Below are positions 14,196-28,838 of a DNA stretch of 64,000 nt, piece by piece. Origin of the DNA: Octopus sinensis. Lineage: Eukaryota. Each line of letters begins with the position of its first letter. The stretch's first letter is position 1. The notes below the pieces were generated by a model. The model saw only the letters and a program-made list of their open reading frames with translations. It was not told the DNA's origin and did no database searches. The stretch covers positions 68,076,001-68,140,000 of the forward strand of contig NC_043009.1 of the NCBI RefSeq assembly GCF_006345805.1, in the 5' to 3' direction. A program made the position numbers and the translations under genes.

Positions 14196-14581
14196 AAGAT
14201 ACAGACATATAACAATGGATATAAATTATCATTATTTGTACATGTGGTCATCCGTATTATTACGGTTGGAGCCGTTGTTGCAGATATATTTGATCTTATA
14301 GTTGTGCTTCATTATTTACTTGTAGATTTAGTTCCAGTCGGAGGTTTGTTTTGAGTTTAGTAGCCTTGCTTGTAGTTGTTTCTGTACTAGAATTAATAGT
14401 AGTTGTAGTAGTAGTAGTTAGACGTGATTTTCGTTTCATCAGCGGTTTTAGTAACAACCATCGTCACTGTTACAGCGGTGATTTTAGTTATAGATGTGTT
14501 TTTATTTTCATGCAGCTTTGGCCATAGTCGGAGTCACGTTTAATTTGCTCTGCTAGGCTTGATTGTCTTTGCATAGTGGGG

Positions 14582-14618
<37 letters not shown>

Positions 14619-14885
14619 CTAGGTATATTATATATATATTATACATACATATATATATATATAATGTATTCTGTTGTGTCTAGGGAGAGTTTTATTGCGT
14701 CATAATTTAATACACTCACCGGTAAAATTTCCACTTATTTCTTTATTTTACTGGTGAGTGTGTTAAATTATAAGGCACCAAAAGAGAATGACTTTCCCCA
14801 GACACAATAGAATATGATTCAACACACAAACTCACAAAGAATCTTGCAAACCAAATCCAAAAACGAAATATATGATGTATGTGAT

Positions 14886-14959
<74 letters not shown>

Positions 14960-15214
14960 TAATTATCTGATGGGATATTAATCCTAACTTACAGGAAAAC
15001 AAACTTAATTTAGAAATACTAAATCAAATTTCACACAATATGATACATATATATAATAATTAGAAAAAAACACCTTTTATCAATTTAAAATAAACAATTA
15101 TATTACACCATCTAAAAAATTACATATAATAGAAATATTAAGATTAAAATAACAATAAAATACTCCCCCAAAAACGCCAATATATATATATATATATATT
15201 CAATATGTGTCCGT

Positions 15215-15394
15215 GTGTGTATCGTTGGCGTTTCTTTCCTCCGTATTGTTTTCTTTGATCTTTCCTTTTCCCAGGGTTCTGACGAAGAGCTCCGCTCGAA
15301 ACGTTAAATCCCCCTTCTTTCTTTCCTTTCCTAAGCGTCCAATAACACTATACTTGTTCCACATCCTCGCGTTGTTGTGTTTTCATGTTTGGAT

Positions 15395-15398
<4 letters not shown>
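15215..15398 (+). mobile_element. Penelope-type terminal-repeat fragment containing a minimal hammerhead motif
   Basis: CTGACGA-A-GAGC-tcc-GCTC-GAAA-CGTT at 15279-15305, in T-rich repeat context typical of PLE termini. Confidence 0.6.
15274..15313 (+). ncRNA. Minimal type I hammerhead ribozyme motif (intact core, weak helix I)
   Basis: Core CUGACGA, 4-bp helix II, GAAA, loopless palindromic helix III (ACGU) and GUU triplet. Helix I (gggtt/aaatccc) has a mismatch. Confidence 0.5.
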
Positions 15399-15441
<43 letters not shown>

Positions 15442-16008
15442 CGCATATTTATATGTATATGTGTGTGTGTATTTCGTTATTCTTTATACGTTTCAGCACT
15501 AAGGTTGTGACCATGCTGGAGCACCACCAGCGTAATCACCATTTCAATGTAATGGAAGATAGGAGAATTTATTTTATTAATCACTAGAATTGTTTCGATC
15601 CATCTAGCATAAATCCCTCACAGGGTCAGGAGCATCCGACGGTGCAGATGTGTGTCTTGTGGTGATAAATTGATGTAACTCGTTAAAATAACTGTTCCTC
15701 AATGTATCTCCTCAATTCGTGGAAAGAAAACCAGCAAACCAAAGAATATATCTACATTTATTTAGGAGATTAATAATAAAATAACACATGCGAAACAGAA
15801 ACGAACACGCAATACAATGGTGAGATAAGAGTGAGGCCTATGCTTTCAGTTTTATGATTATCACTCCAGAATTTAATATAACAATGGCCCAATCTATTTT
15901 TAAAGTTATTTATTATTCCTGTTCATGAAATTGATATAAAATATATACAAATGGCGTAAATGCCATGAAAATATATCACAATTTATCAGAGTTTTATCTA
16001 TTTTTCAG

Positions 16009-16076
16009 ACGTACCTACCAAAGTAAAAGTACACATGTATGTCAACAGCTTCGACTCCATTCGAGAATCGTCCATG
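16009..16076 (+). CDS. Internal 68-nt exon of a Cys-loop (GlyR/GABA/GluCl-like) ligand-gated ion channel subunit: xVPTKVKVHMYVNSFDSIRESSM (beta1/loop G and loop 2)
   Basis: Acceptor tttttcag at 16001-16008 and donor gtaagt at 16077. The peptide matches GlyR [23 protein letters not shown]. Its 68-nt length and phase 1 to phase 0 equal the GlyR exon 3 pattern. It joins in frame to the exon at 53548. It is absent from the ORF track because it is too short. Confidence 0.93.
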
Positions 16077-16322
16077 GTAAGTGAATAAATGTTTGATTGA
16101 AATCATTGGGGTTAGTGAGATCAAAACCGAAACGATGGCGTTTAATTGAATGCTATATCCGGCCCAATCGATCAACGTTAGTTATGCTCGTGTTACCTTG
16201 GCACGAAGGATATTTGATAAAAAGATGTATGAGAATTATTACGTCAGCCGATGAATAATAATAACAAATGACTTCAAGTTTATCCGCTTATCTCTCAATA
16301 CATTCAAGGCGAAAATAGAGTT

Positions 16323-16383
<61 letters not shown>

Positions 16384-16636
16384 GCATATATTCCACCGTA
16401 CACAAATACACACACACTCACACACACACACGCACACACACACACTCACACACACACACACCCATACCCGCACACACACACATCAAGATAGATATACCTA
16501 TATAGATATATAATAGTTTTGGGACAGTTTAAGGAAATTCTGCGGTTGTAGTCCTCTGGAAAAGACTGCATGGCTCAGTTACACGAAATGTCTGTATCTT
16601 TTAGTGAGTACTTTTCTCGAAAATGTATGGTCTCTT

Positions 16637-16667
<31 letters not shown>

Positions 16668-17629
16668 TATATATATTGGTAAAAACGGTAAGATAACAAA
16701 AGAAAGAAAGAGACCTCAATATTATGTAAATAGAGGAAATTTATCTATAAAATAATATGTTACAAATACTCAATAGTCAAGATAAAACTCTGAGTTTCAG
16801 ATGCCGAAGTGGAAATCCACAACACCATCTCTTCGGTTATCTGGCCATCTGAAAAACGCTATGAAAAAATACCGTTATATAAAGGGAAATTACTGTGTTA
16901 TAATTCTGCTACTTATATAAAATAAGATTAAAAGTTCATAGTAAACACGTACGTTCGCATCTTCACTCGCATTTTTCGCCAAATATATACGCATATATAT
17001 ACAAACTCATACACACACACACGTGTACCGCAAAAGTTCATACATACGTCTATATATGCACAAGCACAAGAAAAACCATGGTTAAAAGTAACAGAAAAAA
17101 CATAAGGAAGTATACAAAGCATAAAAACCACGTTCATATACGGACATGCCCTTATGCACTCATACACACACACGCCCATATATGTACATACCCGCACATG
17201 TTTATATACGCATACACACACACGCATATACAAAAAATGAATATATATATATATATATGTTACCACTTTAACCGCCGAAAAATCCCAAATTTTATGTAAT
17301 TTGCTTTGCGGGAAGGATTGTTTTAACGAAGTCGCATCTTGTCTCAACCTTCCAAAATGGAGAGTAGATAAAACAGGGGACAACTTATGAAGGGATTGTT
17401 ATTTATGTTGTCTGTCTCGTTTCTCTATTTGTTTCTTTCGTTGTCCGAAAAAAAGTTCGTTTTCCATGTTTTTGTTTTCTTATGTTCTCGTTTTTCATTT
17501 TGTTCACGTTCTTTTTGATGTCCTGTACCTATATATGAATGTACTTATACATATATACGTAGGTATGTACATATATGTATGCATATATGCATATATATAT
17601 ATATTATTTATATTATATAAATATATATA

Positions 17630-18486
17630 TCTATATATATAAAACTCAACTTGTGTGTCTGTGTGTGTGTATCTGTATGTGTGTCTGTGTGTTTAACTTC
17701 CCGGCACATCTCCTCCTAGCCAACAAATCGTAGAACCACCAAAAATGGGTCACTTAAAGTTTAGGCGAATGAAAATTGAACTGCGCTATTTCTGTTCCGA
17801 AATTCATCTCGCAAGTGCAAAAATCGATAATGTGTTTGTTTAGGCCTTATCCCATGCATTGACTAGTGAACTTTACACAGTCAGCTGTTTGACGTAAACT
17901 GTGTTCACCACGCGTGCAAGCATGCGTAAATTGCATGAAAAATAAAAAATCAAGATATAAAAACGAATCGCCGTAAACATTGTAGAAATTCGGCAAAGAA
18001 ATGAATTTTCGGGATGTAGCCTGGAGGGTTTTTTCGTATTAATCGTTTGGACTTTTTGAACACATACCAATTGTTTTTATAACATTTTTAACCCTTTGAA
18101 TTAAATGTGACCATTTTGCGTTGAGTCTGCAGTATGAATCACTTTAACCAAATTTTAGCAGGCCGGATTTTTGATCATCGCGATACATCGCCAGCGACTC
18201 CCTGAAACTCTCCCCTGAAATCCCAGTTGAGAAATACTGATCTAAAAGAATAATTCAACAATGCAATTATTTGATCAACAAAAATTTATGAAACGCTTCT
18301 ACGTACTTCCTATTGAGGAAATGGAACACATAAGCGCAAAAATAGAGGGCATTAAATGCTTGATTTTAAAACCAAAATAATTGAATTTTGATTGAACTTC
18401 ATCCAAGTTTAGCTTAATTCGCGCGTGAATAGAACGCACGAGCGCGTGAATAGAACGCACGAGCGCATGAGCCGGGCAATACTGCT

Positions 18487-18488
<2 letters not shown>
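17630..18488 (+). mobile_element. Non-autonomous Helitron-like element
   Basis: 5' A|TC TATATATATAAAA..., 3' degenerate hairpin (..GAGCGCATGAGCCGGG) then CAATACTG CTTG|T (CTAG variant). The end architecture matches 40208-40604. A 21-bp tandem duplication lies at 18421-18462. Confidence 0.6.
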
Positions 18489-18544
<56 letters not shown>

Positions 18545-18555
18545 ATTGTGCTATA

Positions 18556-18605
<50 letters not shown>

Positions 18606-19034
18606 GTGCGTGTGTGTGTATGTGTGTGTGTGTGTGTGTGTGTATGTATATGTGTGTTATAGCACATTTACAAAATTAAAGTTAACATAAAAAGCAATAT
18701 TGTAGCAAAAATAAAAATTGGAAACGGAAATGTTAGCTAAGTGGACAGTTCTCCATGGAATACACAATAGAAACCGAACCGTCATTATGAAGTAAATCTT
18801 ATTGTCTATATATGTTCGAAAATGTAATAGAGAAGTAACACATACCAGTGTGTCTACGGTCAGAACATTTAAAACTAGGAGAGGAATCAATAGAAAGCTA
18901 AAGGGCCGTGGACGTGATGTTTGCTAGATTTCTCCTGTGCAATTGTATCAAGCCATATCAACTTTCCAGTTTAGCCATTCTCTATGACGAACGATTAATG
19001 GTTCAGGTTTCCCTCTGAGTATAAAGGAATAATG

Positions 19035-19375
19035 TGAAGGCGTATGGTCCGGTCTGGTGGTTAGGGTATTGCTCTCACGGTCACTAGATCTTGTGTTCGA
19101 TTCCTGTATCGAGTACTGCGTTGTGTTCTTGAGCAAAACTCTTCATATCACGTTGTTTCGGTCTACTTGGCTCGTAAACGGGCAACCCTGCGACGGACCG
19201 ACTTTCCCGATCAAGGGTAATGTTGGCGCGCTCATCTAGCCAGCGGGATGGCTTCGTTCGAAAGCTAAAACGATGCAAGGTACATTGTGACCAGCGATAT
19301 ATATTGTGACCAGCGGCATCCAGCAGTCTGGTCGACACTGTGATAGCGTGAATATATAACCATACGACGGTGATG
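19035..19375 (+). mobile_element. tRNA/CORE SINE with a distinct 3' module
   Basis: Head GAAGGCGTATGG...GTGGTTAGGG, GTTCGATTCC, GTGTTCTTGAGCAAAACT. The 3' part differs from the 4996 family. Confidence 0.7.
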
Positions 19376-21204
19376 AATACGAAAATAGAATCATACAAAA
19401 ATGTAGAGTTTGGACATTATTTGTAGTTCTAATGTGGAACAGATTTAAAGGTAAAAGGGCAGACTATTGAGGAGTGGGAAACACGTCGTATAATCTTGAA
19501 TTATTGGTTTATGTTCCTTTTCATCCTCAGTTCAAATCCAGTCCACGTCATGTTATTTATAGTTAGAGAAAGAAGGAAAATTATAAACACCGCACGCACA
19601 CTGATGTGAAAAAATATATATAAAAAATCAAAAATCAAAAATTAAAAATTTATGTAAGTTAAAACATGGGAAAGCTTGGGGAGAAACAGTAGAAATATGG
19701 ATTCTAGCCGTGATCTTGTATGGTGGGGTGGGGGGGACCCAAAACCGTGACTGAAAGAAATAAAAAATAAGAACACACACACACACACGTATATATATAT
19801 ATATATACACACACATATGTGTTCGTGTGTGTGTGTTAGAAATAAATACTCCACAAATATATTATCAGGATTTATGTGTAATGTATCTATACGTGGTCGA
19901 TGGGCTTACTAAAAACAGCAGCCAATTCTCCTTCATAATAAATCATACTCTCTTAAATATCGACAGAAACAATAAACAATGTCTCGCTTAACCATAAAAC
20001 GGTGGTGACTCCAATGACTTCCAACTTAAGAGGTTTTCTCGGTCAGCTTTGAACCGTTGTTTAAACAACAACAATAACGACAGCATGAACAGTAACAACG
20101 ACGACGAACAACTTTTAATACGTCTCATAAATCATATGAATCTAACCTCCATACAACAATGTAGAGTATTTGTAAGAATTCAGACAACGCAAAATCAATA
20201 TCCTTATGACACCGAGAAGAAAAGCAATTTTAGCACCAAAACTGACAAATTCTGCTCCAGCGTTTCACACCGTATTGTAACTCGAAGACAGCAGTGATGT
20301 GTTTACAATGTCTTTTGCATACACACATTAATAATGGATTTCAAAAATCACGATTCTATATACTATTCACAATAGTTTCTGAGCTGAGTAATTGGTGCCA
20401 GCATGCTGTAGACTGGAATAATAACTTTTGCAAAAACAATATTAGAATGGAAAGTCTAAGACATTTCATAGTCGATGAGATTGGTGAGAAGGCCGTGGAC
20501 GATTGACGAATAATGTTAATCGAATAACATTAACGATCATTTTGTCACAAAAAGGACATTCATAAGCGTACATTCATAGACATCCATCTAAGCGGACGAA
20601 GATGCAGAGTCGCAAATACGAGATCGAAATACAGACAAATGTCTACATCAACCCTCAACAATTACTAATTATCCACAAAGCTTAAACGAAAACCAGAATC
20701 TCGTTCTGTTCCCATGTATGCAATGATGCACCTACTACACACAAATACAAACACATTGTTTGCTAAGAGGTGAATCACAAGTACCTCCTGACCTCTTGCA
20801 TTGTTAGTGCTTCAATCACGTTCCACGTCTGCTCAGCTACTTTGAACCCACATCGTCTAAGCTTATGCAACCCATATACATCTCTTTTTACATTGTCTCA
20901 AAACAATGGCAACAGTCACTATGAAAGGGAGCCTCATTCAAACAGGGAAAATTAATCCGCTTAACCTTATTGATTACTAAATTTCTCAAAACATTATACA
21001 ACATTCTTTCTGGAATGGTAACAATTGTTATTATTATCTAAGTTTAACATAATATCTAACAAGTTACCTACAGTAAACTTAGAATCAAATGCAGTCCATA
21101 AGTATATTTCTCAAAATATCTCTTTAACAATTTTTCCAAATATATTTCATTTGTAAATCGTCGTGTAAAGCGAGATGCAGGACGATAGCATTCTTTTCCT
21201 TTAT

Positions 21205-21520
21205 TCTTTTGTTTCAGTCATTTGACTGTGGCCATGCTGGAGCACCGCCTTTAGTCGAACAAATCGACCCCAAAACTTATTCTTTGTAAGCCTAGTAACT
21301 ATTCTATCAGCCTCTTTTGCTCACACGCACACACACATACACAAAGGTATATATACGATGGGCTTCTTTCAGTTTCCGTTAAAGAAATCCACTTACAAGG
21401 CTTTGGTCGGCCCGAGGCTATAGCAGAAGACACTTTCCCAAGGTGCCACGCAGTGGGACTGAACCGAGAACAATGTGGTTGGGAAGCAAGCTTCTTACCA
21501 CACAGCCAGCCATGCACCTA
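21205..21520 (-). mobile_element. tRNA-derived SINE (OR-like family)
   Basis: Same conserved blocks as 9870-10310 and 23365-23785. Confidence 0.8.
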
Positions 21521-22289
21521 TATTTGTTTACATGTTTATTTTTAAATCTCTCCAACAGATTCTTAGGTGAATATGCAAATTGCAATTGTATTTTGTCTGA
21601 AACGATAAGCTGCCCTCCAATGGCGGACAGCAGCAGCGATTAACATATTCAGCTTCGAATCTGTCGAAACCTATTAACAATGCATATTTATGTCCTTATA
21701 TCTACATTGTTACCGCTAAAATTTCGCAAAAATATTACAGCCATTGTCTCTGCATAATCTTCCACACAAAGATATAATACTCGAAAATGGTATAAACTAT
21801 AATTTCCACCAATTCCACCTCAATTAGCTCCATTTCAGGTCCACTCGCAGACAACCATCACCGCCTTCCGCTTTTCTCGTTAACTCATAATTACTTATCA
21901 AAGAGAACAATGGATGTTCTTTACATGCAAAATAAACTTGTAGTGGCTACGAAATTACTGAAAAACAGTGGGAATGTACGGATGACGGTGTTGGTAAGAG
22001 ATGGATTAAATTCAGTTAAATGGAATTGTGTACAGGTGTTGTTTATTAATAATTACACATGAATCACTTTATTGCGAAGCAGTATCGCTTACTAATGGAA
22101 GAAAATAGCTTTCTTTGTCGAAGGATGAGACGACCAGAGATATCCGTGACCACCCAAGTCTCAATGTCATTTTGAAAGGAGAATTGGTTAAACAGTGTCA
22201 CCCCTCTTTCTCTTTCTATCTGTCGACTTATATATTTCCCTCTTTGTCTGTCATTTATTTATTTCCATCTCTGTTTCTATATATATATT

Positions 22290-22295
<6 letters not shown>

Positions 22296-22322
<27 letters not shown>

Positions 22323-22460
22323 GTTTAACGTCGGCTTTCCACGCTAGCATGGGTTGGACGATTGGACTGAGGGCTGGCGAACCAGATGGCTGCACCAGGC
22401 TTCAATCTTGATCTGGCAGAGTTTCTACAGCTGGATGCCCTTCCTAACGCCAACTACTCC
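22296..22460 (-). mobile_element. RTE-type LINE 3' end with (GAT)n tail
   Basis: Reverse complement of TTGGCGTTAGGAAGGGCATCCAGCTGTAGAAAC...GACGTTAAACGATGATG. A second copy is at 56017-56430 (+). The RTE assignment is from recall. Confidence 0.6.
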
Positions 22461-22482
22461 ATCTTTGTCTTTCTTCAGGGCT

Positions 22483-22630
<148 letters not shown>

Positions 22631-23364
22631 ACTTCTATGTTTTCTCTTGTCAAAGAAAATATTTCTCAGCATTCGCTATTTTACTTTCGTCAGGTCGACC
22701 GACCCTCCATGTTTGTTTTCGTTCGGTTTCCTTGTATGTTCCCACTGTCCTATTTTTGTTACCAACTTTGACCCTCCATAAATACCAAATTTTATTTTGG
22801 TACGTATGGGAGCAACTGTCTTCGAAGACTTATATTGTCGTTTAGTGCTCGAAATGAGGAGTAGATAGACAGCCGACAGCTGATGAAGGGTCGTTCTTTA
22901 TGTTACTTGTCCTGTTTTCCATTTGTTTCTCTCGTTGTTTACGCATTCAACACATTTGCTTTCGTATTTCCTGTTGTTTACGGTTTGCGACGTACTGTTA
23001 CCCATATGAGTGTTTTACAATAAGTACCTAAAGCAATTTTACTATTTGGGTCGTATCCTGCACTCTAGCCCATCCCGAGGCCGAGGCCTCGTTTCCTATT
23101 TCACCGGGTACTCGAACGGAGGTTTGAAAAACCACTGCTGATCCCAAATTTTGGTTACGAGTTGTGATTCACAGGGCCTGTAGTAAGCGATACTGTTCCA
23201 CAATAAAGTGATTCAAGTGTAATTATTAATAAACAACAGATGTACACAATTCCATATGATAAAATTTAATTCATCTATTATGTGAGTTTTGTTTTGGAGA
23301 CGGCTTGTACTTACAGTGGTGTTGCGGCATCAATTTGGTCTTATTTGCATCACAGGCACCTATT

Positions 23365-23573
23365 CCTTTATTTGTTTCAGTCATTTGACGGCGGCCATGC
23401 TGGAGGACCGCCTCTAGTCGAACAAATGAACCCCAGGACTTATTCTTTGTAAGCCTAGTACTTATTCTGAACCGCTAAGTTACGGGGACGTAAACACACC
23501 ATCATCGGTTGTGAAGCGAAACACTAACATACACACACACAGACACGTACACACACACATACACACACACACA

Positions 23574-23616
<43 letters not shown>

Positions 23617-23785
23617 GTACTACAGGCTTCTTTCAGTTTCCGTCTACCAAATCCACTCACAAGGCTTTGGTCGGGCCAAGGTTATAGTAGAAGACACTTG
23701 CCCACGGTGCCACACAGTGGGACTGAACCCGGAACCGTGTGGTTTGTAAGCAAGCTACTAACTACACAGCCACTCCTGGGCCTAT
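23365..23785 (-). mobile_element. Near full-length tRNA-derived SINE (OR-like) with internal (CA)n
   Basis: From TTGTTTCAGTCATTTGAC to ...CACAGCCACTCCTG.GCCT, the reverse complement of the tRNA-like head. Confidence 0.85.
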
Positions 23786-23974
23786 ATATATATTTTTTTT
23801 CTTCAGTCACTGGACCGTAGCGATACTGGGTCAAACAACTTTGCCCCTAGTACTTACTTTTCTTTTATGTTTGTTACTTATTCTATGAACCTCTCATGCC
23901 GAACCGCTATGTTACATCAGTGTCAAACGCCGGGGTTGGGACAAACACAAACGCAAAGACAAACGGGCACGTGC

Positions 23975-25250
23975 ATGGTGCCGCTAATATATTTGTCGTC
24001 TAAAGTACGCAAAATTGAAAATAACACTGACATCTCATTTCAACAGATATATTTACGGAAATTGCATAAAAATATCTTGAAGTAATAAAGCGTAAATTTA
24101 TTTTTTAAAAATCGCCATTGGCTTCAACCATGGCCTCCAAACAATTTCGGAATCTTCTGCAATTATTCTGGACGGTCGCTTTTTTTAAGTTGGGGAATGC
24201 TGCCATAATTCTTGCCTTCAGTTCACCTTTGGTGTTACAAGGAGTTTTGTTTGCCTCTCGCTCAACTGCGGCTCACACTTAATAATCAAGGGGGTTGCAG
24301 TCTGGGTAGTTAGGTGGCCAGATGGTAGGGCTGATGTATCCGCAGAAATTGTCTGACAGCCATGACTGGATTTTCCTGCCTGAGTGGCACGCTGCAGAGT
24401 CATGTTGACAGACATAGGGTTTTCCAGCACTTTTGACACTTCCAGGCACTTGAAGTAGGCCTCTGTGTTGAGTCTGAGGCTGTGTGGGAAGATGAATGGT
24501 GGTTTAACGTCGCCATCACTTGTGATCATTCCAAAACACCATGATGTTGATTGGATGTTTGATCTTTATCACTCTCGGTATGTGTTTTGGGGCCAACGGT
24601 TGTTCTGTGTGTTCACCATCTGATCCTAGCAGAAACTTTTCTCGCCTGAGAAAAACCAAAGTATGTTCGTTTGGAGGGGATGCTTGAGTTCGTTCAAAGC
24701 TTTGTAGCACGGTCTTTCTTCTTGTTCTTAATGGCGTGGATAAAAATTGGCCCTTTCTTATCTTATATGAGGAAAATTAAAAGTTTTCATGCACTACCTG
24801 CCTGATAAGAAACTCAGAAACTCCCATGTCCCTGGAGATGGACCAGATTAACTTGGAGGGATCGTTGTCAGTCATGGCCTGGATATCACCAACGAATTCA
24901 GATGTTATTTTCTTATCAGAACGATGAGAGTGAATTTTCCGAGCTGCTGTGGCTTCGTAATCAACATTATATTCACCCAACTCTTTCCGATCCTTCTGGA
25001 CTATCCTCAGACTGACAGCCAAAGACTCTGAAATGCTCGTATTGGAGTTTCCGGTGCGAAGACCAAGCAGCACAGAATGTCGTTTCTAAACTTCTGGCAG
25101 AGTGAGTTTTGTCGTTGCGCTGTTTTTCTCACGGATGGTGCCCAACTGACCCTACGATACTGTGTAGTCGACAAAATGGAAAAAAAAACAATGCACATGC
25201 GCGAAATTAAAAGTATAAAATGGTGACAGTTTACCTATCGCACGCTCTCT
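23975..25250 (-). mobile_element. Tc1/mariner-superfamily DD37D (maT/mori-like) transposon remnant
   Basis: Minus strand reads ...VITSDGDVKPPFIFPHSLRLNTEAY... then PYVCQHD-x37-D (WPPNYPDCNPLDY). I counted 37 residues between the aspartates. An N-terminal HTH segment lies at 24777-25073. Stops and frameshifts are present. Confidence 0.85.
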
Positions 25251-25266
25251 CTCTCTCTCTCTCTCT

Positions 25267-25347
<81 letters not shown>

Positions 25348-26255
25348 TGAAAGCACGTGACCTACTGGTTAGGGTGTTACACTCCTGTTCGAAAAATCCA
25401 GGTTTCGAACCGAGCATCGGGGCGTTGAGTTTTGAAGCAAAACATTTCAGTTCCCTGTCTTTCACTCCACTCAGCTGTAACTGGGTAACCCGGCGACGGC
25501 CAGACGTTTCGTTCAGGGAGAATATCGATAGTTATTACAATACAAGAAAGCGCATTGTGACTGGTGGTGTGTAACAACATCCGGTAGACTGGTTGATATA
25601 GTGATGCAGTGATATGTATGTATGTATTTATGTATATACGGCGGATTTCATTCAGTTTCTGTCTACCAAATCCACTCACAAGGCCTTTGTCGCCCGAGGC
25701 CCTAGTAGAAGTGACTTGCTTAAAGTGCCATGCAGTGGAAGTGAACTCGAGACCTTGTGGTTGGGAAACAAACTTCCTGTCATACAGCCACGGCTACACC
25801 TATCTCTATGCACACACGCGCGCACACACACACACAAACCCACACAAATGCATATATATATACACATATACATATATATATGTTTACATACACACACACA
25901 GACACACACACACATATATATATATATATATGTATGTATGTATAGAGAGAGAGAGTGAGGGGAGAGAGAAAAAGATAGAGAGAGAAAGAACAAAGAGAGA
26001 GAGAAAGAGAGAGAGAGAGCGTGACAATGCGTCATAACATAAATATGACTTCTTATTGTGGTTTGAATAAAAATTGTTTTGTCATATGATGAGATAAATG
26101 GAAGAATGTCGTATCGTCTACGATATCGCTTTCTTTGGCTTTTCTTATGCTTAGAAGCAAACTGATAATCAACTTGTCTTCACGTCACCTTTCACCCGAC
26201 CCTCCTTAGTTGTGTGCGCTTTCGCTGTGTCTTTCGATACGTTACATTCATGCGT

Positions 26256-26643
26256 GTGGAGGCGCAATGGCCCAGTGGTTTGGGCAGCGGACTCGCGGTC
26301 GTAGAATCGCGATTTCGATACCCAGACCGGGCGTGGTGAGTGTTTATTGAGCGAAAACACCTAAAGCTCCACGAGGTTCCGGCAGGGGATGGTGGTGATC
26401 CCTGCTGTACTCTTTCACCACAACTTTCTCTCACTCTTTCTTCCGGTTTCTGTTGTACCTGTATTTCAAAGGGCCAGCCTTGTCACTCTCTGTGTCACGC
26501 TGATTCTCCCCGAGAACTACGTTAAGGGTACACGTGTCTGTGGAGTGCTCAGCCACTTACACGTTAATTTCACGAGCAGGCTGTTCCGTTGATTCAGATC
26601 AACCGGAAACCTCATCGTCGTAACCGACGGAGTGCTTCCATCC
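26256..26643 (+). mobile_element. Young full-length tRNA-derived SINE with 12-bp TSD
   Basis: Head GGAGGCGCAATGGCCCAGTGG..., (TCCA)n tail, TSD ACATTCATGCGT at 26244-26255 and 26644-26655. Confidence 0.9.
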
Positions 26644-27047
26644 ACATTCATGCGTACGTTACAGATACATACACTTCCGGACATACACACACGTACATAC
26701 ACATAGCTACTCGCATAGATGCATGTGTGTATCTGTGTGTGTGTGTGTTTGTCCCTCCATCATCACTTGACAACCAATGTTGATGTGTTTACGTCCCCGA
26801 CGGGCTTCTTTCAGTTTCCGTCTAACAAATCCACTCACAAGGCTTTGGTCGGCCCTAGGTTATAGAAGAAGACACTTGCCCAAGGTGCCACGCAGTGGGA
26901 CTGAACCCAAACCATGTGGTTGGGAAGCAAGCTTCTTACCACACAGCTACGCATGCGCTTATATTTACATAAATACTTATTTTTAATTCGCTCCAACATA
27001 TTCCTATATGTATCTGTGTCTATATATATAATATGTATGTATGTATG

Positions 27048-27101
<54 letters not shown>

Positions 27102-27241
27102 TACATACATATATACACTTATAGGTTTTTGAACCGAGCATCGGGGCGTTGTGTTTTGGAGCTAAACCCTTCAGTTTCCTGTCTTCCACTCCACTCAGCT
27201 TCAACTGGGTAACCTGGTGACGGCTTATACTTACCCTGTAG

Positions 27242-27330
<89 letters not shown>

Positions 27331-27661
27331 TCTTGTGGTTTTGAGTTATATGATGATTGAAGTACATTGTGTATATTATAAGCTATATAGTATAGTAAAT
27401 TAGTGTGCTACATGTAGTTACTATCCGATGAATATTCCTGCCTAGTTCATCATGATTTAGTGATTAAACTATTTATTCTTTTCTATAGTGTTCTACCCTA
27501 GCGATCATATTATTTTTATAAAGACCTTTATGTAAGTAGACCTCTTAGGAAATTATAATATCATGTATGTAATAGCACCGGTAACTTTACAACTTATACC
27601 TCTTAGCCTATAATTAATATATCGTTAGCATGTTTTACTACACACACAACACGCACACACA

Positions 27662-27706
<45 letters not shown>

Positions 27707-28161
27707 AATATATATATATATCTGTATCTATGTATGTATGTATGTGAAGAGGAAATTATATGTGTATATTTAGAGTCGAAATGTTGATGAAACCTCGATG
27801 TTCTGGCGGCAGATGAGTGAGATATCTGTATTTGCATTGATTTGTGAATATCCAGTTTTATTGTATAATGCAGAGCACACATATTAAGGCAACCTTTGTA
27901 CGTATGATTTCTTTCTTATTGCAATTAATAGTACATGAGGAAAATCGTGAAACGGCTGTAATTCTATGGAAATAGCGTGGTTTTATGGTTTTATACACTG
28001 CTCATCAAACAATTTTACCGATAGGATTTCCTGGATTTTCAATTACAGGGACTTTCTTCAGTATGCCTTTTTTTTAATTGATTACTATGGGGTCTGATTG
28101 CCGGGTCCGTAAGAGGAGCTTTCTGTGATAGCCACACGACTCTCTGAATCCATATCTTAGT

Positions 28162-28251
<90 letters not shown>

Positions 28252-28838
28252 ATATATATATTATATATATATATATGTGTATGTGTGTGTGTGTGTGTGT
28301 GTATTTACACACGTGCGTGCGCACATACACAGACACGCAAATATACACACACTCACACACACACACACACACACACTTATATGTATGCATGTATAGTCAC
28401 CGCATTGCCGTGGGTTAAAAATATGTAGCGTTGTATGACAAACAGACGTTGCACTCATTGCTTTTGTCTTCGTTCGGTCCTACCTTCAGTTGGAGGTTGC
28501 ACACGTCAGTGGATTGAGAATACGTTTATGAAATAAAAACAGTAATCAATGTTATGATCCTATGTTCAATGAACGTGATTTTAGCCTTGGAAGCAAGAGA
28601 TGAAACGTCCATCGATTTGTAACCGAACCCTGATGATAACTTTTAACTACCTCAAAACTGTTGGCACGCAGTTACACTATTCTCTCGAGAGAAGGCGACC
28701 TATTTCAATATTTCTGCAATGTAAACGTATTCAGGATAGAGCTGACCTTCTTGACACTGCAGTGCAAAGCTAGCCGTGCAAATTAACTACCTGGGGGCCC
28801 TGAAACGGCGTTTATGAGATTATATTTGTAACGAATAT

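Noticed and set aside
16512-16532. NSFGTV peptide resembling an alternative copy of the 68-nt exon
   Set aside because: It is followed immediately by TAA, preceded by an in-frame TAG, has no acceptor or donor, and sits in repeat-like context.
20000-21150. A-rich segment with a C..C...H...C-like fragment suggesting a LINE 3' zinc knuckle
   Set aside because: The similarity is too weak and fragmentary to call.
22845-22895. GAAA ... CTGATGA arrangement suggesting a permuted hammerhead
   Set aside because: I could not build convincing helices I-III, and the related copy at about 17345-17395 lacks the core.
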